64,000 nucleotides of DNA from a virus (taxonomy: Duplodnaviria; Caudoviricetes), in the IMG/VR virus record IMGVR_UViG_3300038679_000357, positions 160,001 through 224,000 of that record. One strand, given 5' to 3'. The notes beneath the pieces were generated by a model. It saw only the letters and a list, made by a program, of their open reading frames with translations. It was not told the DNA's origin and made no database searches. Positions 1-9,381 of the stretch are shown here, piece after piece (within the stretch, counting starts at the first letter, position 1; each line of letters begins with the position of its first letter). Both the position numbers and the translations under genes were made by a program.

Positions 1-21
1 AAACGACAACAGGATTCTCAG

Positions 22-804
22 CTACGCCTCCATCTTACGATGCACGACTTCTTCCACGCTCTTCTTAATTTTTTCCACTCTCTTTTTGAATGAAGCAACC
101 TTCTTTTCAGTAAATTTACTATGAAGAACCTCTTCCTTAGCCTCTTCCCAAAGATGACCTAAGTTTTTATCTCTAATTTTCTCTTTTAATATCTCCACAG
201 TAGCCGCCAATTCACTTTCGCATCGATCATCTGACTTTTCATCGTATATCTCCCATATCATATAAACGATAAATAATAGCACAAAACCAACCGCAATGTA
301 TGGAATATAATCGAAATACCATTGGCAAGCGACGCATAAGCACAAAAAGCCAAATCCACCAACAGCTATCCTCGATCCAACCCTGAGTTCAGCCCAAACT
401 CGAATTATAATACCGATGACTCCCACGACAAATCCGAGCATAATCCCCTTATTGATCATTGACGACCAATAAACACGCTGCTCAATACGATGTTGAGTCA
501 TCCTCATCTCAAAACTTTGCTGCGCATCAACAGGAGGAGGTATCACATTCACTTTCTTTGATATTCCACCAAAGCGAACTCCTGGCCAAATGGGAATACC
601 TGGAATATACTGGTCATAAACCTCAACCGGAGCAGTGATGGCATCCACTCCAGTCTCTTTTTCTACGGCTTTCTCATTCGTTTTGTTGAGAAAGTCCCTT
701 TCTTCACTGGTGATAGAACTAACTTTTTCCGATGTGGAATCAAGAATATTGCAGGAGCAATTCATCGCCATCAACAACATTGCCACAACCATCGCCCGTA
801 TCAT
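22..804 (-). CDS. Membrane protein with N-terminal signal/lipobox-like segment and 2-3 C-terminal TM helices (lysis-related?)
   Basis: Hydrophobic N-terminus ending in LMAMNCSC; hydrophobic stretches GIMLGFVVGVIGIIIRVW, IAVGGFGFLCLCVAC and YIAVGFVLLFIVYMIW; charged C-terminus. Function is a guess. Confidence 0.5.
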   Translation of the reverse strand: MIRAMVVAMLLMAMNCSCNILDSTSEKVSSITSEERDFLNKTNEKAVEKETGVDAITAPVEVYDQYIPGIPIWPGVRFGGISKKVNVIPPPVDAQQSFEMRMTQHRIEQRVYWSSMINKGIMLGFVVGVIGIIIRVWAELRVGSRIAVGGFGFLCLCVACQWYFDYIPYIAVGFVLLFIVYMIWEIYDEKSDDRCESELAATVEILKEKIRDKNLGHLWEEAKEEVLHSKFTEKKVASFKKRVEKIKKSVEEVVHRKMEA

Positions 805-815
805 CTAAAACCTCC

Positions 816-1625
816 TCAAATTTTTGCCTTTGCCATCTGTTCTTCCTGCACATAAACTGAATTAATTCGATCACGCCCCTCCATAACACTTCTTGCCAGC
901 CTATGATTACCATCAATAACCACACCATCTTTTAACCTGATCAAAATCGGCTTAGATAAATCAGCAGTCCTTATCTTCGCCATATGCTTCATGTTAACTT
1001 CAGATGATGTAGGAGCAGACATTACATCAAACGGACTCAACGGAGACTCATCTTCTCCCCAAGAATTTTCTTTCAATTGAGCGGAAAGTTTCGACACTTT
1101 CGTCGGCACAACCTCATTATATTTTACCTCATCCAAAAGACGACCAACATCATAACAGCCATCTTCACTGCAATACACTTGACCTTTTGTCCAAGTGTCA
1201 GCAACAACTGTTGATGCCCAATGTCCAACTCCACTATTCCATTTTTTTGGAACCTCCTCCACAACAAGCCCAAGAAGATCAGGCTGGACCTGTTTTTTCA
1301 ACTCTTCTGGAGGATCGGCAACTGGAGTAGAAGTAAGATCAACCCTTTCGGCATCTCCCGTATCTTCACCGCCAAGAACACGATCAACTGCATTCCAGTT
1401 GACGACATAACTTCCAACCTTTTTCCCAGGCTCTCCACCATAGTCCTTAACCAAACCATACATCTTTCCAGGATCGGTAATTATGTCTCCATTATACGGA
1501 ATACGATTGACAAGGTATCCTATATATCCATCGTCGCTACGCATCTCAAAAAGAAAGTGACGACCTTTCGGCGTCTTTTTCTCCTTCAATTCTCTAAACC
1601 TACTGATTGCCGCAGATTTATACAT
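816..1625 (-). CDS. ParB/sulfiredoxin-like domain protein
   Basis: C-terminal ADLSKPILIRLKDGVVIDGNHRLARSVMEG matches the ParB/Srx PI...DGxHR motif. Start moved to 1625 (MYKSAA) because GAGGA precedes it and it overlaps the upstream stop. Confidence 0.7.
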   Translation of the reverse strand: MYKSAAISRFRELKEKKTPKGRHFLFEMRSDDGYIGYLVNRIPYNGDIITDPGKMYGLVKDYGGEPGKKVGSYVVNWNAVDRVLGGEDTGDAERVDLTSTPVADPPEELKKQVQPDLLGLVVEEVPKKWNSGVGHWASTVVADTWTKGQVYCSEDGCYDVGRLLDEVKYNEVVPTKVSKLSAQLKENSWGEDESPLSPFDVMSAPTSSEVNMKHMAKIRTADLSKPILIRLKDGVVIDGNHRLARSVMEGRDRINSVYVQEEQMAKAKI

Positions 1626-2313
1626 CACGTTCCTCAATTTTAATATATTTTGGCGGAATAACGCCATAAACAATAATTGTATTCATTTCCGTCCCACTTT
1701 CTAAATCATACTGATATTGTCTATCTCCAAGCCTACTGGCGATATGTTCCATAACAAGTTTTTCAACAACATCTGGTTCAAGACTAGCATCAGGAAGATA
1801 ATTGTCATGCATCATGCCGGGGATATCGATCCGCAACATCACTTCTCCACTATACGTAGGGAATCCAACGGAAATAAAAACAGCCGCACCAACACCACGG
1901 TTACTAATTCCCCTCGTATTATTTTTTGGCTGTAAGCCATCACGCATGATTGACTCAATTTTTTCTGTATCAGTAACGTGATATCCATACTGATCTCCAT
2001 CGTATCCGAAATTATTAAAATCAATCATCCATGGAGACCCAAAAACACGATTAAAATAATCTTCTATACTAGATTGACGGAGAGAGAGAGATGGCAAAAA
2101 GTTTCTTATCTCCTCAATGTCGATATATTCAACATCAGTGATAAAAATTTGACCGTCAACCTCAAAAGACAAAACCTTAACGTTAAAATCAGAAAGATCC
2201 GTCTCTTTATAAGGGATGACACGACTATCAAGTATGTTTTTTAAGCATTGAATGTCTTCACAATCACTTGCGTCATCAACAATGCTTTGAGAATATTTTT
2301 TCATCCAGGACAT
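1618..2313 (-). CDS. ADP-ribosyltransferase-fold (Tpt1/KptA-like NAD-binding) protein
   Basis: YHVTDTEKIESIMRDGLQPK...AVFIS resembles the YHxT...I...GLxP...VxLS NAD-binding motif of Tpt1/KptA and related ARTs. Confidence 0.65.
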   Translation of the reverse strand: MSWMKKYSQSIVDDASDCEDIQCLKNILDSRVIPYKETDLSDFNVKVLSFEVDGQIFITDVEYIDIEEIRNFLPSLSLRQSSIEDYFNRVFGSPWMIDFNNFGYDGDQYGYHVTDTEKIESIMRDGLQPKNNTRGISNRGVGAAVFISVGFPTYSGEVMLRIDIPGMMHDNYLPDASLEPDVVEKLVMEHIASRLGDRQYQYDLESGTEMNTIIVYGVIPPKYIKIEERDV

Positions 2314-2319
2314 GACTCA

Positions 2320-4368
2320 TCACCATTTTTCGAATACATATACATATTCATTTTTCTTGGCTCCATTCTTTCTTTGATAAGAAATAACTGGAGTTTCCAT
2401 AATAATTGTTCTGGATAACTTCATGCAATCAAACGATGACAAAAAATCGGCTGCAACATCATGCTCATCAGACTTCCCAATCGACAATGCAAAGCGTCCA
2501 TGCAAAGATAACTTCAAGCATGCTTCCGAACACACTGGAATCAACCACTCAAACAACCACTTTTTGTAGTCCGGATATCGAACATATGATTGACTTTCAT
2601 CGGCTGCATAAATTTCCTTATCAAAATACGGAGGCGACGTGAAAATAAGATCATATTCTCCCGATATATGTTTCAAGGCATCTTCTGCCGCCTCATTGTG
2701 AATCACACATTTTGTTTTATTAAAGTAAGAAGACATCTTCACTAGCCCAAGACAATTTTCCGACAATGGATCAATACCGGTATACGATGCAACTTCATGA
2801 GCGCAACATCCAAGTAGCCTGCCGCCAAATCCGGCGCAGAAATCAAGAACTCTCGTACTATTATCGCATTCCATGAGGTACATTATCGCCCTAGCTGCAG
2901 AAGGAAGGAAATTTCCAACGGACCGATTGCTACGATATTCTTTCAAGGCGCTTCTCATTCCAGCCGCAGTGCATGTCCCGCCGTACATTAACCTTCTATC
3001 AATCGCATCCATCAACAAATCATCATCATTAAAAATCTCTATTGGAGACAGCGATCCGCGTGTTCCCATGCTGAACATATGCCTTTGAAAATGCCAAATC
3101 ACATCAGTTGACATGGAGTTACATTTTATATTCACGTCATCAGACAGCAAATGACTCTTTGTCCAGTTCTTTATCCTCGACAAAGAGCAATCAACAGCTT
3201 CATCTGACAAATCAATATACGGAAAGCCATAATCTCGATAATGGCAAAATATTTCTCCGACTAGCTTCTTTCTGTCTACATCAGAGAGCGCTATATATTT
3301 ACTTTTTGTTGGTATAGACTCAAGCCTTGGAACAGCTCTCCTAGATATAGAACCATCGATCTTATATCGCATACATTCTATGATCCATGGGCGAATAATC
3401 TCAATCATCCTGCTTGCTGCTGACGGTCCACCACAAAGATAGTAATTCTTCTTTTTCTCCTTGCAGTTCGTAACCATATGTATGTCGAACCTATTGCGAA
3501 GGAACAAAGCTAGGCGCTCATTTTCTGCTTCACTGAATGAGCAGCTATAAATCCTGACTTCAATCGGAGTAGTTCCATCAAACCTCATGTATCCATCGTC
3601 CATCATCCAGTATGCTAACGATATTTCATTCATCTCCGCCAGAAAAGACTCATTTAATATCTTTACTCCATCAATATACGCCATATCCCTAAATTTAAGT
3701 AACTGATAATGGTTCCTGGTTCGAAAACAATGAGATTCAAACATTTTACCAAAACGATCATCATAATTAACAGTTACATCCACGTCAGAACGCACGTGTT
3801 CGGCAAACACCTCATTCAAATGAAGAGAATAAGCAGATTGAGATGGGACATGCTTTACTCGCAATGCGCCACCTTCATCAATGTGCCCATCCCCCATCAA
3901 CAATCCAACAACAACAGATCTCTGAAAAGAGGTCAACGGAATCGTTTCGCGACCGCGTACAAGCCCCTTATGTCCGATCCTTTTAACTCCATACAATTCA
4001 CGAAGAAAACCAATATGTCCACGCGGGATATCATACTTATCGGCAATATCATTCAACTCAAGAAAATTCTCCGCATACTCCTTCTTAAACAACTCCTCTG
4101 AAATATTTCCTCCCGTACGGCAAAACCAATTAAGAAAGGAAACCTGATGTTTTGAATAGCCATGCTCAACAAAATCATCGACCGTCCATCGGTTCTTAAC
4201 TAAAATAGCAACATATTCTCCTGTGCTGGAAAATCTTTTCTTCTTAGAAAAGGAGCCGCTACCATAAAATATCGGACGATCAACGAAGTTAAGCGTAACT
4301 TCGGCGATATTTTTATCCATCCGATCGGACAGAAGAGACGATAAAGATGGTGATTCTTTGATGAACAT
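2320..4368 (-). CDS. LAGLIDADG endonuclease domain fused to an amino-DNA methyltransferase (N4-C/N6-A)
   Basis: VVGLLMGDGHI and SLAYWMMDDGY (two LAGLIDADG-type helices); VLDFCAGFGGRLLG (SAM motif I) and DLIFTSPPYF (motif IV), all in one uninterrupted 682-aa ORF. Confidence 0.8.
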   Translation of the reverse strand: MFIKESPSLSSLLSDRMDKNIAEVTLNFVDRPIFYGSGSFSKKKRFSSTGEYVAILVKNRWTVDDFVEHGYSKHQVSFLNWFCRTGGNISEELFKKEYAENFLELNDIADKYDIPRGHIGFLRELYGVKRIGHKGLVRGRETIPLTSFQRSVVVGLLMGDGHIDEGGALRVKHVPSQSAYSLHLNEVFAEHVRSDVDVTVNYDDRFGKMFESHCFRTRNHYQLLKFRDMAYIDGVKILNESFLAEMNEISLAYWMMDDGYMRFDGTTPIEVRIYSCSFSEAENERLALFLRNRFDIHMVTNCKEKKKNYYLCGGPSAASRMIEIIRPWIIECMRYKIDGSISRRAVPRLESIPTKSKYIALSDVDRKKLVGEIFCHYRDYGFPYIDLSDEAVDCSLSRIKNWTKSHLLSDDVNIKCNSMSTDVIWHFQRHMFSMGTRGSLSPIEIFNDDDLLMDAIDRRLMYGGTCTAAGMRSALKEYRSNRSVGNFLPSAARAIMYLMECDNSTRVLDFCAGFGGRLLGCCAHEVASYTGIDPLSENCLGLVKMSSYFNKTKCVIHNEAAEDALKHISGEYDLIFTSPPYFDKEIYAADESQSYVRYPDYKKWLFEWLIPVCSEACLKLSLHGRFALSIGKSDEHDVAADFLSSFDCMKLSRTIIMETPVISYQRKNGAKKNEYVYVFEKW

Positions 4369-4397
4369 GCATCAATATAGCCTGAAAAAACGACTAT

Positions 4398-5432
4398 TCA
4401 ACCACCTGCGGTTGTGGTGTATAAGTACCTGAACCATCGAGCCCTACCTCCAGGTAGGGTAAACTCCGGTTGCACGTTAACGCCCATCATCGGCAAGGTC
4501 TTCTTGATACCCTTTGATATCTCTAGCCACAACGTATTGTAATCTTGATAAAGCGTCTGAAACTTCTGGTACGCCGCATTCGCCCTTTCAGGATCTTCAC
4601 CAAAAATAATTGCTATTTCCTGGAATGACAACCCCATAATGATGCGGCGTAAAGCGTGTATTGCGGCAACCAGTAAAATACCATATTCCCAATGTCTAGG
4701 AATCTGCTGAATGTTAGCATAGGTATATGACGCTGGAGGAATAGCATTCATTGCTCGTAATCCCTCAGTCAAAAACCCAACCAGATCAGCCTGTGAAAAA
4801 TATGCAAAGTTGTAACTGGCGAGAACATCATCCGTTTCCTGGGGAGGTGTAGCAAAAAATACATTTCCTCCCGCATAATCGGCAATCCACCCGTTAACGA
4901 GCATTGCGCCATTTACTCGAACGATCGGCTTAGGATCAGGGTTCCAATTTCGATAGGCTGCGTTCAACTTCGTAGAATCTTCCGTCCTGTTCAACTGTTC
5001 CCAATACAATGGAATGTGCTGTACTTCATAGATAAAATCGTTATTGAGAGCATAAATCATCGATAGCATTTTATCACTGACAGCCATTGATACGGAATTT
5101 GCCGAAAATGACATGAATGTATCAGACTTATTAACGTCAAAATACGTCATTTCCGTCTTTGATTCCTGATTGACAAACGCATAGGTCCATCGATCATAAT
5201 ACCTTCCTATCGGAAGATCTACAGGAACCGTCCAATCTGCATAGTAGAGCCCAATCCTCTCCACTTCTGAGGTAATTGTGGCAAGTACGTGACCGTCTTC
5301 CCTAACGATCTCAACAACAGGCTCACTTCCGACTTGAAAAGGGTAGAAATTACCATTGTAGATGAATGTTCGAAACAATCGAACGACTTCACCCTGAACC
5401 GCATTCGTCCTGTCTTGCACTGCCATAATCAA
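4398..5432 (-). CDS. Probable head-tail adaptor/neck virion protein
   Basis: Ig-like N-terminus (GLYYADWTVP..GRYYDRW), a middle GNVFFATPP...VLASYNF segment and a helical C-terminus (EYGILLVAAIHALRR...YQDYNTLW) typical of adaptors; lies downstream of capsid genes. Confidence 0.45.
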   Translation of the reverse strand: MIMAVQDRTNAVQGEVVRLFRTFIYNGNFYPFQVGSEPVVEIVREDGHVLATITSEVERIGLYYADWTVPVDLPIGRYYDRWTYAFVNQESKTEMTYFDVNKSDTFMSFSANSVSMAVSDKMLSMIYALNNDFIYEVQHIPLYWEQLNRTEDSTKLNAAYRNWNPDPKPIVRVNGAMLVNGWIADYAGGNVFFATPPQETDDVLASYNFAYFSQADLVGFLTEGLRAMNAIPPASYTYANIQQIPRHWEYGILLVAAIHALRRIIMGLSFQEIAIIFGEDPERANAAYQKFQTLYQDYNTLWLEISKGIKKTLPMMGVNVQPEFTLPGGRARWFRYLYTTTAGG

Positions 5433-5447
5433 CCCTCCAGGATGTCG

Positions 5448-6164
5448 TTATGCGCCGTACGACACTCGCAACGACACAGACACAGCGGCAGTTCCAGTGA
5501 AAGCATAAAGAGCTGAATCAGAATCCATCTCTATCGGCTCATTCAGTACGTAACTCAATGCCGTATTGCTGGTCTCAGCAATGATATCGTACCTTACTCC
5601 AATATCAGTGGCAAGGTCAGCATTGACGGTTGTGCCAGTCGCTGAATTAGCGGAAAAGCCCATATTGGCAGCCGCTGTACTATAAGCATGAGGCATTCCC
5701 GTCATCTCGTACACAAACCTCATGGCGGTTGGGGTAGATGCCACAATTCTCATTTTCCTAAGCACATACGACACTGTGAATGTCAAACTGGAATCAGCAA
5801 ACGCAGCCTCCAACGCAGCCTTAATAGCGGTTGGGAAAGTCGAATCAGAGTAAAACCCAGAAGGAATCGTACAGTGACGGGTTCCATATCCAGTGAGAAA
5901 GAACCAGAACTTATTGTTTCTGTTCTGAATGATATTAGCGCCAACAAGTTTCGAGATAGTAAAACTTCTTGCGGTAGATGATGAAAAATTAAGATCAACT
6001 TCTTTCACTTTCCATGACAATTCATCCATATGGATGGTTTTCGACAATGCCGTAGAAGTGATGTCGGCAAATGCCGATTCCGTCTTCGTTTGAGCCGAAG
6101 ACATAGCGGCATCGATCCTATTTGGCAAGCAGGATGGCTCGTTATGATATTTCTTAAATGGCAT
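5448..6164 (-). CDS. Hypothetical beta-rich virion structural protein
   Basis: Ala/Thr/Ser-rich with TIPSGFYS motif; SD GGAG before ATG at 6164; adjacent to the putative neck gene. Confidence 0.4.
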   Translation of the reverse strand: MPFKKYHNEPSCLPNRIDAAMSSAQTKTESAFADITSTALSKTIHMDELSWKVKEVDLNFSSSTARSFTISKLVGANIIQNRNNKFWFFLTGYGTRHCTIPSGFYSDSTFPTAIKAALEAAFADSSLTFTVSYVLRKMRIVASTPTAMRFVYEMTGMPHAYSTAAANMGFSANSATGTTVNADLATDIGVRYDIIAETSNTALSYVLNEPIEMDSDSALYAFTGTAAVSVSLRVSYGA

Positions 6165-6239
6165 AATAATCTCCAATTAAATTCAGGACTCGATATCCAT
6201 CAATCAATATTTCATAGATAGTGGTGTTAGCTCCTTTTC

Positions 6240-7661
6240 TCAAAGATCTTCTGGGAACCTGGACGCACCACTACCAACTCCAATATCCACCTGAACCTTA
6301 TCCAGTTCATTCATTTCATCCGGGCTAACATATATGTCCCGATTCATCAATCTTTTAGGAACCATATTGACTGACACTCGTTCAGCTTGCTCATAGTCCC
6401 ATTCATCACTATCGTCATAGTCATAATCGTCGCTATCATCACCCTCTCCAGCCCTTCTAACTCGTCCGTCAGAAGAGCGTTTACGACGAGCGCCTGGCTT
6501 ACGCTTTCTCCACATCGAAGCGTCTTCTGGACTATCAAAAATCTCATCATCTTGACTCTTTGTCAATGCAGCTATTTTTTTTGCCGCTGCCTCTCGAATA
6601 GCCTTCACCTTGTCTTCTGCGACGAATTCCAGTAAATTTGCAGAAAGAAGTTCAAACAAATCTGCTGAATCCTTTAATTTATCGGCTGACAATCCACCAA
6701 GATTAATCACATCTCCATGCTTAACGGAGATCTTCATGTCATTAATCACCAATTGCCCCTTGGCTTTATTGATGACGTAGGCAATAAATCCAGTTCGAAT
6801 ACGACCATTTGCCTCAGCCTTTACAGCTTCTTCTCTTGACATTGTAGAGGCAGAAGATGCAGCTTCATTTCTCTTTGCGGAAGAGGTATCAATAGCTGAA
6901 AGAAGTTCATAAAATCGTTCCTTCGTAAGAACAACTTCTATTCCAGAAGTTTTTTGTACAATCGGAGTAACTGGCAAGTCCGCAGCGGCTTGCGGTTTAA
7001 CTTCTTCTCCGAGTAACGACGGACCACGCTCCCCAAACAATGAAACCACTTCAGGCTGAGACGCCTCCTTATTTAATTCACCGCCAGACTCCTTACTTGG
7101 TTCCCCGGCGGACTCAGGGACTGGCTCTGCCTTAATATCGCTGACAGCGTCATTCTTTACTGATACATTGACATCTCCAGTTGATTGAGCGGTCAATGGA
7201 TTCGGGATACTTTCTGGCTCTTTATCTACACAATCCAAAATAATTGGTAACGATTCATTGGAAGAAGCTTGCGAGTCGTCTACAGAGATCTGCAAATCAT
7301 CCTGTAATACACTTTCCCCTCCAGTCAAATTAAACATCTCACCAATGTCAGATCCACATGCTGGAGTGGCGTCAATCCGTTCGACCGAAAGGAAAGGGGC
7401 ATCCGATTGATCAATATCTACAACAGACGAAGAGGCATCTTGAGTGACAACCGTTGAAGTAAACTCAGATTTATCAATAAAAGATGACGTAACAGTAGAT
7501 GGGGCTACGCCATTTGCCTTAGATGTAAATGCGCAAGCATCAACATACGCAACAACGTTACCATCTTCATCAACGGATGAAGAAATTATCTCCACGCAGA
7601 TAACACACCCCGGAAGACATACCGGAGCCATTTCTTTTTCGAAAACAACTTTTATTGCCAT
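6240..7661 (-). CDS. Acidic, largely disordered hypothetical protein
   Basis: Long ORF with S/D/E/P-rich middle. Start moved to 7661 (MAIKVV) to avoid overlap with the upstream GT gene. Confidence 0.6.
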   Translation of the reverse strand: MAIKVVFEKEMAPVCLPGCVICVEIISSSVDEDGNVVAYVDACAFTSKANGVAPSTVTSSFIDKSEFTSTVVTQDASSSVVDIDQSDAPFLSVERIDATPACGSDIGEMFNLTGGESVLQDDLQISVDDSQASSNESLPIILDCVDKEPESIPNPLTAQSTGDVNVSVKNDAVSDIKAEPVPESAGEPSKESGGELNKEASQPEVVSLFGERGPSLLGEEVKPQAAADLPVTPIVQKTSGIEVVLTKERFYELLSAIDTSSAKRNEAASSASTMSREEAVKAEANGRIRTGFIAYVINKAKGQLVINDMKISVKHGDVINLGGLSADKLKDSADLFELLSANLLEFVAEDKVKAIREAAAKKIAALTKSQDDEIFDSPEDASMWRKRKPGARRKRSSDGRVRRAGEGDDSDDYDYDDSDEWDYEQAERVSVNMVPKRLMNRDIYVSPDEMNELDKVQVDIGVGSGASRFPEDL

Positions 7662-7680
7662 GACACTACTCTCTCTTTTT

Positions 7681-9381
7681 TCAAGGCTGTATTTCCATAA
7701 GTCTTGATTTAACATTTTCGGCGCATCTCTCCCAATTAAACTCGTCAACTATCTTACGTCTGGCGTAAATTGCCATTTCGGCTGTTTTTTCTCGATTTTC
7801 ATACATCCAGCGCATCTTTTGCGCAATTTCATCTATCGCCCTGTCACTATAATCAACAAATTCCATTCCATGATAAAATGGGCTTATCCACTCTATGGAC
7901 TTATCAACAAGCTTCACTCGATCTGGGCGGACAAGAGTGGCAATATCGGCGTTCAAAAACATACGATGCCCTCCATGATCACTTGCCAACAATGGGACAC
8001 CAGACGCAATCGCTTCACACGCAGGAAGTCCAAACCCCTCTCCTCGACTTATCTGTAAACAGGCGGAAGCGCTATTATAGATTAACGGCATCATAAAGGT
8101 CGGAATAACGTCATCAACAAGAACGAGGTGGGGTTTATCTTTATTTTTCTCTCCTCGAACATAGTTGTTTATGTCTTCAAATATCTTAGCTGACATACTT
8201 TTTTGACCAACAAACCTCGAAACCATAACCATACTTACATCATCTCTGGACGTAAAAGCTCTCGAATAAGCCTTAATCATGACGTCCGGACCTTTACGCC
8301 AGTTCCAATTAAATACACTAAGAAAAACAAACCCCTTTGTTCCACCAGCAAAAAGCACGCTTCTATCACGTGGAGCGTAAGTTTCTGAGTCAACGCCAAG
8401 AGGCATTACACGCATACTTGACTTAACTCCAGAGGCAGCAAAAACCTGTCGATTCCATTCACAGGGAACCCAAATTTCATCAGCCCCAATCAACCTATGA
8501 ACAAGTGTGGGGTGGATTTTATTCTCAGTCTCCATCATAGTGTAAGCAATAACTCTGCCGCAATGTTTTCCAGGTACATTTGTGGCGTAAACTTTAGGAC
8601 TTTGAAGTGGAATCATATTTCTGGAAAGCGCCATCAATTTATCTTTAACTCCTTCCTCAACATCCATGAGGGTTGATATTAAAGATGGTTTCACACATAC
8701 GCCAAGGCGATCGAGATTAAAAACGTACTGACGATTCATATTTGCATATCCACCACCATCAAATATCGGACCTTCCCAGAACACACAAGGCTGCCCAGGA
8801 GATGCCAATATTGAGGAGGGATCAGCGAGAGCTTTATCCATTTCAACCCATTCACCATCAAAACATTGCTCAACTCTCACTAGACGAATTTGCTTATTAT
8901 GAAGTGATTTCTGCACTACCTCAGAAAAATAATCTTGAGCCGACAACACAGCTACTTCACGCTGTTTACCTAAAGTTAACCCAAGCCCCTCAATTGTTAT
9001 TGATGTATCGACAGCACGACCTATGACAAATCGTTTGTCTCCACCTTTTCTAATAGTCTTTGCTTGATCGACAGACGTTACAGGAGATTTTACCGGAGAT
9101 TTAGACTCTTCGTCATCATATTTGTATTTCACGCCTGATTTAGACCAAACGTCTGTTGATGGAACGACATGAAAACGATTCCCTGAAACTGCGGCGCAAT
9201 GTATGCCGCCCACGCTTTTTCCTACCACTTCTATTATTCCAGAGGCAATAAGAGATTTTAATTCAGTTGACTTACTGGCAATTCCATCATCAATATTGAT
9301 GGCTCCCTTAGATGCGGGTGGAACTCTGATTGAAATATCAGAAATCTCAATCCACATTCCCTTCTTATTGACAATCCTCAC
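7681..9381 (-). CDS. GT4-family (GT-B) glycosyltransferase with N-terminal extension
   Basis: WEGPIFDGGGYANMNR, MPLGVDSETY, FLSVFNWNWRKGPDVMIKAY, ISRGEGFGLPACEAIASGVPLLASDHGG (E-x7-E motif), FNWERCAE. Confidence 0.9.
   Translation of the reverse strand: MRIVNKKGMWIEISDISIRVPPASKGAINIDDGIASKSTELKSLIASGIIEVVGKSVGGIHCAAVSGNRFHVVPSTDVWSKSGVKYKYDDEESKSPVKSPVTSVDQAKTIRKGGDKRFVIGRAVDTSITIEGLGLTLGKQREVAVLSAQDYFSEVVQKSLHNKQIRLVRVEQCFDGEWVEMDKALADPSSILASPGQPCVFWEGPIFDGGGYANMNRQYVFNLDRLGVCVKPSLISTLMDVEEGVKDKLMALSRNMIPLQSPKVYATNVPGKHCGRVIAYTMMETENKIHPTLVHRLIGADEIWVPCEWNRQVFAASGVKSSMRVMPLGVDSETYAPRDRSVLFAGGTKGFVFLSVFNWNWRKGPDVMIKAYSRAFTSRDDVSMVMVSRFVGQKSMSAKIFEDINNYVRGEKNKDKPHLVLVDDVIPTFMMPLIYNSASACLQISRGEGFGLPACEAIASGVPLLASDHGGHRMFLNADIATLVRPDRVKLVDKSIEWISPFYHGMEFVDYSDRAIDEIAQKMRWMYENREKTAEMAIYARRKIVDEFNWERCAENVKSRLMEIQP

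Noticed and set aside
2320-4368. Intein or group I intron carrying the LAGLIDADG
   Set aside because: No Hint splice motifs, no interrupted host gene, and no non-coding flanks for an intron; treated as a fusion instead.
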